Below are positions 15,614 to 23,559 of a DNA stretch of 23,559 bases, piece after piece (the stretch's first letter is position 1; every line of letters starts with the position of its first letter). A model generated the notes under the pieces. It had not been told where the DNA came from and searched no databases. It worked only from the letters and a program-made list of their open reading frames with translations. The position numbers and the translations under genes are program-made. The DNA lies in contig CBFGIY010000036.1 in the NCBI GenBank assembly GCA_965648935.1, positions 1-23,559 on the forward strand. Direction: 5' to 3'. This DNA is from a candidate division WOR-3 bacterium (GTDB taxonomy: Bacteria > Hydrothermota > Tepidihabitantia > Tepidihabitantales > Tepidihabitantaceae).

Positions 15614-16702
15614 ATGGTAGAGCTAGTGCCTCGTCCTGACGGAACCGCTCACTCCAGGGACAATCGTTCTGCGGTCAGGCCGGTGATTGCGGCCCTGGCG
15701 GTGCTGTTGGGTACGGGTCTTTTGCTGCTCGTCGGGTGCGGAACCGAGCCGCCGCCTGACTGGCAATGGTGGACGAGCGAGGATTCGGCCGGGGTACGCG
15801 CCGAGCTGGTCCCGTGGGAGGAAGCGCTCGACGCTGGCGCGGCCCTGCGCGACACCTACCGGCTGAATCTTTCGATATCGCTGGCCGGTTCCGACACCCT
15901 GTCGACCGACGGGGCGACCGTGTACAAGTTCGGCCGGCTGCTGTCGATATGGCTGGAGAACCCGGTACCCGGCCGGCGCGACGAGTACCGGTTCGGGGTC
16001 ACCGTCGACACGGTCGCGATGACCGACACGTTCTGCGAAGTCTGGCGCTGGGACAGCCTGGTCGAGGGCCGGGCCCACTTCGTCTACGATAGCCTTTGGG
16101 TTGTGACTTTCGCGCCCGACACGCAGCCGGACTCGACCGTGCGCTGGCGCGTCGGATCGATCGAGAAGGCCGGCTTCGCTGAGCCTCAGGATGCGGTCAA
16201 GACCTTTTCGTGGCGCACCCGGCGCATCATCTTCCTGCCGAGGCAGAACGCGGCTTACAGCGTTACCAAGTTGAGCGGATTCGCAAGCTTCACGCCGAAC
16301 GCGCAGGACGCTCCGGGCGTTACCCGGGTCGTGCTGTCGCGGCCGGGCGTCACCGATACCTTCTTCTACACGCCTCGGCCGGATGGCAGAGCCATCTACA
16401 ATCTCTGGCCGCTGGGCTCGCTGCGGCCGATGCCGCTGGGCGAGGTGATTCGCCTCGACGTAGCGGCGCGCACTCCGTCGGATACGGGCACGGACAAGAA
16501 CCGGTTCTTCGCGACGGTCGAGGGCCGGCGCAGCGACATCACGCTGAACGCGCTGAACGGGCGGTCTGATTTCAGCTTCCAGCAGCCCGGGTACAGCCAC
16601 GTCTACGTCGAACTTCTGCCCAATTCTAATATCCTCTATAAGAACAGCCCATGGACCAGTACCATCTGGGCAGTGCCGGTCCGGGTCGAGTCTCAGGAAT
16701 AG
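15614..16702 (+). CDS. Predicted lipoprotein of unknown function
   Basis: SD AAGGAGG at 15602-15608. Hydrophobic stretch ending in lipobox LLLVG-C. Aromatic, beta-rich mature part. Only 9 nt separate it from the receptor gene. Confidence 0.78.
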   Translation: MVELVPRPDGTAHSRDNRSAVRPVIAALAVLLGTGLLLLVGCGTEPPPDWQWWTSEDSAGVRAELVPWEEALDAGAALRDTYRLNLSISLAGSDTLSTDGATVYKFGRLLSIWLENPVPGRRDEYRFGVTVDTVAMTDTFCEVWRWDSLVEGRAHFVYDSLWVVTFAPDTQPDSTVRWRVGSIEKAGFAEPQDAVKTFSWRTRRIIFLPRQNAAYSVTKLSGFASFTPNAQDAPGVTRVVLSRPGVTDTFFYTPRPDGRAIYNLWPLGSLRPMPLGEVIRLDVAARTPSDTGTDKNRFFATVEGRRSDITLNALNGRSDFSFQQPGYSHVYVELLPNSNILYKNSPWTSTIWAVPVRVESQE

Positions 16703-16711
16703 GAGGGCCAA

Positions 16712-19525
16712 GTGATTGCAGGTTGCAGATTGCAGGGCAGGGGATGGCGGGCCGTCGGCCTGCTGCTGCTGCTCACGGCGGTCGCTCTGGCCAGCCAGAC
16801 AGGCCGTATCCGCGGCCGGGTGGTTGACGCCCGGACGCGTGAACCGCTGGTCGGGGCGAATGTGGTCATCGAGGGCAGCGACCTCGGCGCCGCGACCGAT
16901 GCCAAGGGCGAGTACCTCATTGCCAATGTGCCGGTCGGCCGGGTGGCCGTGACCGCCTCCTACATCAGCTACCAGACCGTGCGCAAGACCGACGTGCTGG
17001 TGATCGTCGACCAGACCGTAACCGAGGACTTCGCGCTCAGCGCCGAGGCGATCGAGATGGGAGTGGTCGAGGTCAAGAGCACCCCGCCGCCCATCGTCCG
17101 CACTGTCGCCGCGACGAGCCAGACAATGGGCAGCGAGGAGATAGCCAAGATGCCTGTTGCGACGCTGGCCGACATTGTCGCTCTGCAGACCGGCGTCGTG
17201 GTCAGCGCGACGCAGGGGCAGCACATCCGCGGCGGCAGGCCCGATGAGGTCGCCTACTTCGTGGATGGCGTTGCCACCTCGGACCCGCTCTACGGGTATC
17301 AGGCGGCGCGGGTCAACCCGGGCGCGACCGCCGAGGTCGTGGTCATCTCGGGCGGTTTCGACGCCGAGTACGGCGAGGCGATGTCGGGCATCGTTCAGGT
17401 CATCACCAAGGAAGGCCGCGACGTTTTTTCTGGACGCCTCGGTTACACGACCGACGAGTTCATGCCCGGTCCGACGAGCTTCGGCGACAACCGGGTCGAG
17501 GCTTCGCTGGGCGGTCCTGTGCCGGGTGTCAGCCGGCTGCGCTACTTCGCGGCCGGCGAGCTGTACTTCGCCGAGGACTACCGGCCGCGCCGCTACAAGC
17601 TGCCGCACCAGCAGCGCCAGGACTACAAGTTCACCGGCAAGCTGACCCTGGCCCTGCCCGTGGACCAGGGGATGCGGCTTTCGGCCGACGGGTTCATCTC
17701 GCGCGAGCAGAACGAGCTGTACCCGTCGGACCGCGAGAGCGAGAATCACCTCGGGTTCAAGTACAACCTCGATCACTACCTGTCTCGGCGCGAACGTGCG
17801 CGCAAGGGCAATTTCTCGCTCAACCACATGCTCACCAAGAACACCTTCTACACCGCGCGTGTGAGCTATTTTTACAACCAGCGAGCCCAGGCGGTGCGCG
17901 ACCTTGAGCGCGAGGCCATGGAACGCAACTGGAAGGTGCGGTTCTGGGAGGACTACATCTTCAAGGCCGAGGATTCGGTTCTGGCCAACGACAGCGTGCT
18001 GTTCCGGCCGATGCCGGGTTACGTCCAGCAGAGTCAGGTCAATACCAACAATCCCTGGGGCGTGTACAACCTGTTTTACGGCGAGGGAGACTACCGCTAC
18101 TTCCTGCTGCACTGGTCCGAGGTGACGACGCTGAAGGGCGACATCACCCACAACATCGGCAAAATACACGAGCTCAAGGGCGGCATCGAGACCCGTCTGC
18201 ACTCGCTGCACCGGCGCTACAACTCGCTGCCCTGGGATCCCAACCCGTTCGTCGATTCCTATGACGTCAACCCGACGAACGCGGCGCTGTACGCGCAGGA
18301 CCGGATGGACTTCGAGGACCTCGTCGTGCGCGTCGGGCTGCGGCTTGATTACCTTGACCCGAAGGTGAACAAGCGCGCCAACCCGGAGAACATCGAGGAC
18401 ACATCGACGGTGCCTGCGTCGCTGAAGTACAAGGTTTCGCCGCGGCTCGGCGTGTCGTTTCCCATTACAACGACGACGAAGTTCCGTTTCTCCTACGGCC
18501 ATTTCTTCCAGACCCCGGCCTACCATTTCCTCTACGACAACATCACGACCGCGGCTTACTCGCGCGGCAACCAGATCATCGGCAATCCCGACCTGCTGGC
18601 GCAGCAGACCATCGCCTACGAGCTCGGTCTCGAACAGCAGTTCTCGCCGCAGGTCATCGCCGACCTGACCGCGTACTACAAGGACATATTCGACCTGATG
18701 GGCACGCGGTTCCAGCCGGCGGTGCCGACCGGGTTCTACCCGCTGGTGAACGAGGAGTACGGCAGCGTGCGCGGCTTTGAGGTCAGCCTGCGCAAGCTGC
18801 TCGAGCGCTACTGGAGCGCGCGCCTGAGCTACGGGCTGTCGCTGGCCCGGGGCACGGCGTCGTCAACCTACGAGTGGTACTACGAGCGCTACCGCTACGG
18901 CACCGACCCGGTGACCGGCAACCAGATGGAGCCGCCGCGCCGCGACTACGCGCTGGAGTTCGACCAGACGCACAATGCCCGGCTCAGCCTGAGTGTCGAC
19001 CTGCCGGGCGATGTCGGGTTCGTCCCGGCGCGCGACTTCTCCGGTTCTCTGCTGTTCAGCGTCGGCTCGGGACTGCCCTACACGCCGCGCCAGGTCGGTG
19101 CGCGGGGCCTGAACGCTGGGCGCCAGACCGCAGAGCGCAACTCTGCGCGGATGCCTGCCACCTTCACGACCGACCTGAACGCGGCCAAGCGTTTCCGGAT
19201 CGGTCCGCTGCGGCTGGGCCTGAACCTGGTCATCACCAACCTGCTGAACAACCAGAACGTCACCTGGGTGTACGGCGCGACCGGGCGGCCCGACGACGAC
19301 GGCTATGCCGCAACGCTTTCACCACTTGGCTGGTCCGGGGTCTCCGATATCACTATCCTGAACACCAGCCTTTACAATCCGGTGCGCGACCGCAACCACG
19401 ACGGCTACATCAACGACGAGGAGGAGTACATCGCGTTCAAGATGGCCTGGCTCGACTTCGTCAATAACCCGCAGAACTACGATGCGCCCCGGCAGGTCCG
19501 TCTCGGCGTGTCGCTGGAATTCTAG
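16712..19525 (+). CDS. TonB-dependent outer-membrane receptor with an N-terminal CarboxypepD_reg-like domain
   Basis: QTGRIRGRVVDARTREPLVGANVVIEG...GAATDAKGEY, plug HIRGGRPDEVAYFVDG...SGGFDAEYGEAMSGIVQVITKEG, SPRLGVSFP, GNPDL, and terminal strand PRQVRLGVSLEF. Confidence 0.93.
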   Translation: MIAGCRLQGRGWRAVGLLLLLTAVALASQTGRIRGRVVDARTREPLVGANVVIEGSDLGAATDAKGEYLIANVPVGRVAVTASYISYQTVRKTDVLVIVDQTVTEDFALSAEAIEMGVVEVKSTPPPIVRTVAATSQTMGSEEIAKMPVATLADIVALQTGVVVSATQGQHIRGGRPDEVAYFVDGVATSDPLYGYQAARVNPGATAEVVVISGGFDAEYGEAMSGIVQVITKEGRDVFSGRLGYTTDEFMPGPTSFGDNRVEASLGGPVPGVSRLRYFAAGELYFAEDYRPRRYKLPHQQRQDYKFTGKLTLALPVDQGMRLSADGFISREQNELYPSDRESENHLGFKYNLDHYLSRRERARKGNFSLNHMLTKNTFYTARVSYFYNQRAQAVRDLEREAMERNWKVRFWEDYIFKAEDSVLANDSVLFRPMPGYVQQSQVNTNNPWGVYNLFYGEGDYRYFLLHWSEVTTLKGDITHNIGKIHELKGGIETRLHSLHRRYNSLPWDPNPFVDSYDVNPTNAALYAQDRMDFEDLVVRVGLRLDYLDPKVNKRANPENIEDTSTVPASLKYKVSPRLGVSFPITTTTKFRFSYGHFFQTPAYHFLYDNITTAAYSRGNQIIGNPDLLAQQTIAYELGLEQQFSPQVIADLTAYYKDIFDLMGTRFQPAVPTGFYPLVNEEYGSVRGFEVSLRKLLERYWSARLSYGLSLARGTASSTYEWYYERYRYGTDPVTGNQMEPPRRDYALEFDQTHNARLSLSVDLPGDVGFVPARDFSGSLLFSVGSGLPYTPRQVGARGLNAGRQTAERNSARMPATFTTDLNAAKRFRIGPLRLGLNLVITNLLNNQNVTWVYGATGRPDDDGYAATLSPLGWSGVSDITILNTSLYNPVRDRNHDGYINDEEEYIAFKMAWLDFVNNPQNYDAPRQVRLGVSLEF

Positions 19526-19534
19526 GGAGGCGAG

Positions 19535-22525
19535 ATGAACAGCAGAAACAAGGCCACACTGCTTGCGGCACTACTGCTCGCCGGTCTCGCCGCGACCGCC
19601 GTTGCCCGGACCGCGACCAGACCCCACCAGCCGTCGCGCAAGCTGGACATCGTGCCCTACGTCAAGAACCAGTGGCGCATAATGATAAGCAACTACGGCA
19701 CGTTCGGGTACAGCCCGACCCGCTCGGGCGGCGGCGAATGGCCGGTCGGCTCGGGCGACATGTACCTCTATGGCGCGGGCCTGTGGATCGGCACGGTCAA
19801 GCGCGTGCCGGCGCCGGACACGCTGGTCAGCGTTGGCTACAACCCGAACTCGGGCCGGTCGGAGATGACGCCGGGCTGCTATGACAACGCGCCGGGCGGA
19901 TACGCGGCGCGCGAGTTCGAGCGGGTCTACATATACCCGGAGGACTGGCCGCCGAACCGGGCCGATTTTCCGGCCGACCTGTCGGACTCGGTGCTGACGC
20001 CGCTGCGCCTGCCCTCGGGCGACACAATGGTGCCGGGATACTTCTACTACATCCCGCAGGCCGCGGTGTCGTCGGGCGACGCCTGGGCGGTGTTCTGCGA
20101 CCGTGACCCGGCCCAGCACACCGCGGCGCGCTCGGGCACGCCCCGGCCGATCGGGGTTGAGGTCTATCAGACGACTTACTCGTGGACACTGCCCTGGAAC
20201 CGCGACATCGTGTTCTTCAAGTTCGACGTCCGCAACCGGACGAGCGACACGATCCGCGACATGTACCTGGGGATGGTCTGCGACGCCGACGTCGGCAACG
20301 CGACCGACGACCGCGCGGCGCTGGCGCTCCACAAGTACATTCCGAATGCCAGCCGCACCGACTCGGTGTTCGTCGACAACATGGGCTATGTCTGGAGCGA
20401 GGGTATCGTGACCGACCCGAGCGGGTTCGTCGGGTTCGACTTCCTGCAGAGCCCGTACGTCAAGAACCCGGACGGCTCGATCGACGGGTTCGACGGCCTC
20501 GACAACAACGGCAACGGCCTGATTGACGAACCGGCCGAGGGCCGCCAGCTCGGGATGAGCTCGTTCAAGATCTTCACGCTCACCGATGCCGACCCGGTCG
20601 ACGATCACCAGCAGTACCTCGCGATGGCCGGGTACGACTACTGGAACCCGCAATATCCCTACAACCCCTACGACTCGACCGACATCTCGCCTGCAGACAA
20701 GCGGTTCCTGCAGTCGACCGGGCCGTTCACGCTCGCGCCCAACGAGATAGCGACGGTCACGATCGGCGCCATCGCGGCGACGCGCGCGCCCGGGGTCGGC
20801 GACGAGATGGTCTACAATCTCGCGGTCGCGTCACGCGCCGCCCAGGCCGCCTACGACAACAACTGGATAGCGCCGGAGCCGCCGCCGTCGCCCAACCTGA
20901 CCGCGCTGCCCGGCGACGGCCGCGTTACGCTGGTCTGGGACGACTTCCCCGAGGATGCCGCGGACCGGTTCTTCCCGCTGGCGCCGTCGCTGGCCAGTCC
21001 GTTCTATGTACAGCGCGACTTCCAAGGCTACAAGGTATACCGCAGCCGCACCGGCCAGCCGAACTCCTGGACACTGCTGGCCCAGTACGACAAGGCCGAC
21101 GGCCTGCTGTTTGAGGACACGACGGTCGTCGAATCGCTGCGCACCCGCGCCCGGGACCGGGGTCTGGCATACGCGTTCATCGATTCGAGCAACCTGCGGC
21201 TGGGATTCCCTTACTACTACGCAGTGACCGCGTTCGACCTGAACTACGTCGGCGGCGACTCGTCTCGCGCGCCGGATACGCTCTCGCTGGAATCGGGAAT
21301 GATGCCGGTGCGGGCCGTGCCGCGCACCCAGGCGGGCAATTACTCGCCGCCCGGTGCCGCCGCGATGAAGGTCGCGGGCCACGACCGTCTGCGAATGTCC
21401 GTCGCGCCGCTGCCGCTGGTACCCGAGGCGGTCAAAGACGAGACCTACCGGCTGGAGTTCCTTGAGCCGGCCTATGACCCCGCCGGTCAGCAGCCGATGT
21501 ACCGCTACTTCGTGCTCGACTCGTCGGGCGACACGGTCGTGCCGGTCGACCGGTTCGCGGTCAACATCACGACCACGACCGACACGGTCTCGGCGGTGCC
21601 GACCATCTTCGACTGGGTAGTCACTGACGTGCGCGAGCGGGCCACGCAGCAGGGCGTGGTCATCGACACGACGCGCTCCTGGCTGCCGACCGCCCAGCTC
21701 ACCGTGAAGCTGAAGATGGACCTCGTACCCAACCAGTTCTTCCAGAACGTCAAAGTCGTCACTGGTTCCTATCCCGAGGCGTCGCTTGCGGTGCCGGACA
21801 TGGCCTCCAACCGCGGCATCTGGGCCTATCGCGGCTCGGACTATCGCATCGTCTGGCAGAGCCGGGGCAGCGCGCTGACCGCCGAGGTCTGGGACATCCA
21901 GAACAAGCGGCCGGTCGAGTTCAAGCCCTATTTCCGCCAGACCAACCCGAGTCCGGACACGGCCAACGGCTGGGCGTTCCGCTCGGCCCGGGCCGCGGTC
22001 GACACTTTCGTGGCGGCGTCGGGCCTGGAGAAGACCATCGCGATGGCGATCTGCGGCTCGTACTTCACGTTCTCGACGAGCGTGACCCAGGCGCCGGCGC
22101 CGGGCGACACCTGGCTCGTGTACAGCCGGCTGCTCGCGCCGGCGCCGTGCTTCGCGGCGTATGATGTCGAGTTCAAGCCGGCGCGATTCCTGGGCGAGGT
22201 CGGCAAGCTCGACGTCAAGGCTGTGCCCAATCCCTACATCGTGCGCAACGAGTGGGAGCGGCACCGCGACTTCCGCAAGCTCAAGTTCATCAACCTGCCC
22301 GACCGCTGCACGATCCGCATCTACAACCTCGCGGGCGACCTCATCCGGACCATCGAGCACCAGTCGACCCGGCCCGACATAGGCAGCCTGCCCAATCAGT
22401 TCGGCGGCGACGAGGACTGGGATCTGCTGAACTCGAGTCAGCAGAAACCGGCGCCGGGCGTGTACATCTTCCACGTCGACTCGGACGTGGGCAGCCAGGT
22501 CGGCAAGTTCATGCTGGTCTACTAG
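19535..22525 (+). CDS. Large exported protein with an Fn3-like module and a C-terminal T9SS-type/FlgD-Ig-like sorting domain
   Basis: Signal peptide. Fn3-like PPPSPNLTALPGDGRVTLVWD...FQGYKVYRS...YYYAVTAFD. CTD VKAVPNPY...KFINLP..CTIRIYNLAGDLIRTI...WDL......APGVYIFHV......GKFMLVY. Confidence 0.8.
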   Translation: MNSRNKATLLAALLLAGLAATAVARTATRPHQPSRKLDIVPYVKNQWRIMISNYGTFGYSPTRSGGGEWPVGSGDMYLYGAGLWIGTVKRVPAPDTLVSVGYNPNSGRSEMTPGCYDNAPGGYAAREFERVYIYPEDWPPNRADFPADLSDSVLTPLRLPSGDTMVPGYFYYIPQAAVSSGDAWAVFCDRDPAQHTAARSGTPRPIGVEVYQTTYSWTLPWNRDIVFFKFDVRNRTSDTIRDMYLGMVCDADVGNATDDRAALALHKYIPNASRTDSVFVDNMGYVWSEGIVTDPSGFVGFDFLQSPYVKNPDGSIDGFDGLDNNGNGLIDEPAEGRQLGMSSFKIFTLTDADPVDDHQQYLAMAGYDYWNPQYPYNPYDSTDISPADKRFLQSTGPFTLAPNEIATVTIGAIAATRAPGVGDEMVYNLAVASRAAQAAYDNNWIAPEPPPSPNLTALPGDGRVTLVWDDFPEDAADRFFPLAPSLASPFYVQRDFQGYKVYRSRTGQPNSWTLLAQYDKADGLLFEDTTVVESLRTRARDRGLAYAFIDSSNLRLGFPYYYAVTAFDLNYVGGDSSRAPDTLSLESGMMPVRAVPRTQAGNYSPPGAAAMKVAGHDRLRMSVAPLPLVPEAVKDETYRLEFLEPAYDPAGQQPMYRYFVLDSSGDTVVPVDRFAVNITTTTDTVSAVPTIFDWVVTDVRERATQQGVVIDTTRSWLPTAQLTVKLKMDLVPNQFFQNVKVVTGSYPEASLAVPDMASNRGIWAYRGSDYRIVWQSRGSALTAEVWDIQNKRPVEFKPYFRQTNPSPDTANGWAFRSARAAVDTFVAASGLEKTIAMAICGSYFTFSTSVTQAPAPGDTWLVYSRLLAPAPCFAAYDVEFKPARFLGEVGKLDVKAVPNPYIVRNEWERHRDFRKLKFINLPDRCTIRIYNLAGDLIRTIEHQSTRPDIGSLPNQFGGDEDWDLLNSSQQKPAPGVYIFHVDSDVGSQVGKFMLVY

Positions 22526-22535
22526 AGGGGGAGAA

Positions 22536-23558
22536 ATGAAACACACACACTTCACCTCGCACGCCGCGGTGGCGCTGGTCCTCTGCGCGGTGCTGGCCGC
22601 GCCGGCCTCGGCAGTGTTCACCAAGATCGGCATGGCCGGTATGCCCTTTCTGAAGATCGGCGTCGGCCGGTGCACGGGGATGGGCGAGGCTTTCGTCGCG
22701 GTCGCGGACGACGCGACCGCGTCGTACTGGAACCCGGCGGGCGTCGCGCTGCTGCGCAATCGGCAGGCGGTGCTCAACCACATCGACTGGGTCAGCGACG
22801 TCAATCACGAGTTCGCATCGGTCGTTGTGCCGACGCGGGCCGGCAACTTCGGCGTCGCGCTCACCGCTCTTATGCTCGGCCGGTTCGAGGAGACGACCAT
22901 CGAGGAGGAGCAGGGCACGGGCCGCACCTTCACCGGTTCGGACGTGGCGCTGGCCGTGACCTACGGCCGCCTGCTCACCGAGAAGCTCGCCTTCGGCGCG
23001 TCGGCCAAGTTCGTCAGCGAGCAGGTCTGGGACGTCGGCGCGCAGGGCGCGGCGTTCGACTTCGGGGTCCACTACAACACCGGCTGGCGCAACCTGCGGA
23101 TCGGGATGGCGATCGCCAATTTCGGGCCGGACCTGCGCTACACCGGTTCCCAGCTCAACTTCACCCACGACCCGGGCTGGGAATGGCCGTGGACGCGCGA
23201 GCCGATTCCCGGCACGTATCTCACCGAAACCTTCCCGCTGCCCATCACGTTCCGCTTCGGCCTCGCCTACGACCTCCTACGGACGGACAACTCCTATCTC
23301 ACGGCCGCGGCCGACCTCGTCCACTTCAACGACGTCAACGAGAAAGTGAACTTCGGTCTCGAGTACAACTACAACCCGGTCTATGTGCGCGCCGGCTACA
23401 TCCTCAACACCGACTTCGACTACGCCGAGGCGGTCGGGTTCGCGACCGGCATCTCGGCCGGGGCTGGTTTCCGGGTGAGGCCGACCCCGGGACTGGGGCT
23501 GCAGCTGGACTACAACTACCGCAACCTCGCGCGGCTCGGGGCTTCGCACCGGGGCCCC
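22536..23558 (+). CDS. PorV/PorQ (UPF0164, FadL-like) outer-membrane beta-barrel, 3'-truncated by the window edge; absent from the ORF track
   Basis: Manual translation from ATG 22536: MKHTHFTSHAAVALVLCAVLAAPASA-VFTKIGMAGMPFLKIGVGRCTGMGEAFVAVADDATASYWNPAG...GTGRTF...FDFGVHY...NFG...FPLPITFRFG. No stop seen before the window end. Confidence 0.88.
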   Translation, partial: MKHTHFTSHAAVALVLCAVLAAPASAVFTKIGMAGMPFLKIGVGRCTGMGEAFVAVADDATASYWNPAGVALLRNRQAVLNHIDWVSDVNHEFASVVVPTRAGNFGVALTALMLGRFEETTIEEEQGTGRTFTGSDVALAVTYGRLLTEKLAFGASAKFVSEQVWDVGAQGAAFDFGVHYNTGWRNLRIGMAIANFGPDLRYTGSQLNFTHDPGWEWPWTREPIPGTYLTETFPLPITFRFGLAYDLLRTDNSYLTAAADLVHFNDVNEKVNFGLEYNYNPVYVRAGYILNTDFDYAEAVGFATGISAGAGFRVRPTPGLGLQLDYNYRNLARLGASHRGP

Positions 23559-23559
23559 C

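Noticed and set aside
15623..18526. 967-aa minus-strand ORF
   Set aside because: Antisense shadow of the lipoprotein and receptor genes. High-GC codon bias removes stops in this frame, and it has no recognisable motifs.
19571..23168. Minus-strand ORFs of 360, 657 and 219 aa
   Set aside because: Antisense shadows of the 996-aa and PorV/PorQ genes.
1..23559. tRNA, rRNA, CRISPR arrays, transposases or integrases
   Set aside because: None seen. The window is almost fully covered by assignable CDSs and has no regularly spaced repeats.

Overview
High-GC bacterial chromosomal window from a diderm organism. The T9SS-type C-terminal domains, PorV/PorQ-like barrel and CarboxypepD-type TonB receptor suggest an FCB-related lineage such as WOR-3 (inference only). 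Left part: nfnA (partial)-nfnB, an orphan ddl, then the 3' half of the spc operon (rplR-rpsE-rpmD-rplO-secY) detached from its usual neighbours, with its own probably leaderless sigma70 promoter. The remaining ~18 kb is a TonB-centred envelope locus with three parts. (i) An ECF sigma factor, an anti-sigma factor carrying two tandem TonB C-terminal-like domains, and a stand-alone TonB. The sigma and tonB genes are each preceded by the same motif, CGGAATA-N16-GGTAAGT. (ii) A minus-strand pair of exported M16 peptidase subunits, one with HXXEH and one without. (iii) A divergent cluster: exbB-exbD-exbD-tonB, an Asp-box protein with a T9SS-type CTD, a lipoprotein, a TonB-dependent receptor, a 996-aa CTD protein and a PorV/PorQ-family barrel that runs off the end. 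The best candidate for a new system is a SusD-less, T9SS-assisted TonB uptake machine, possibly importing peptides or proteins for periplasmic M16 processing, beside an ECF circuit whose sensor is built from TonB domains. No RNA genes, CRISPR arrays or mobile elements could be supported.
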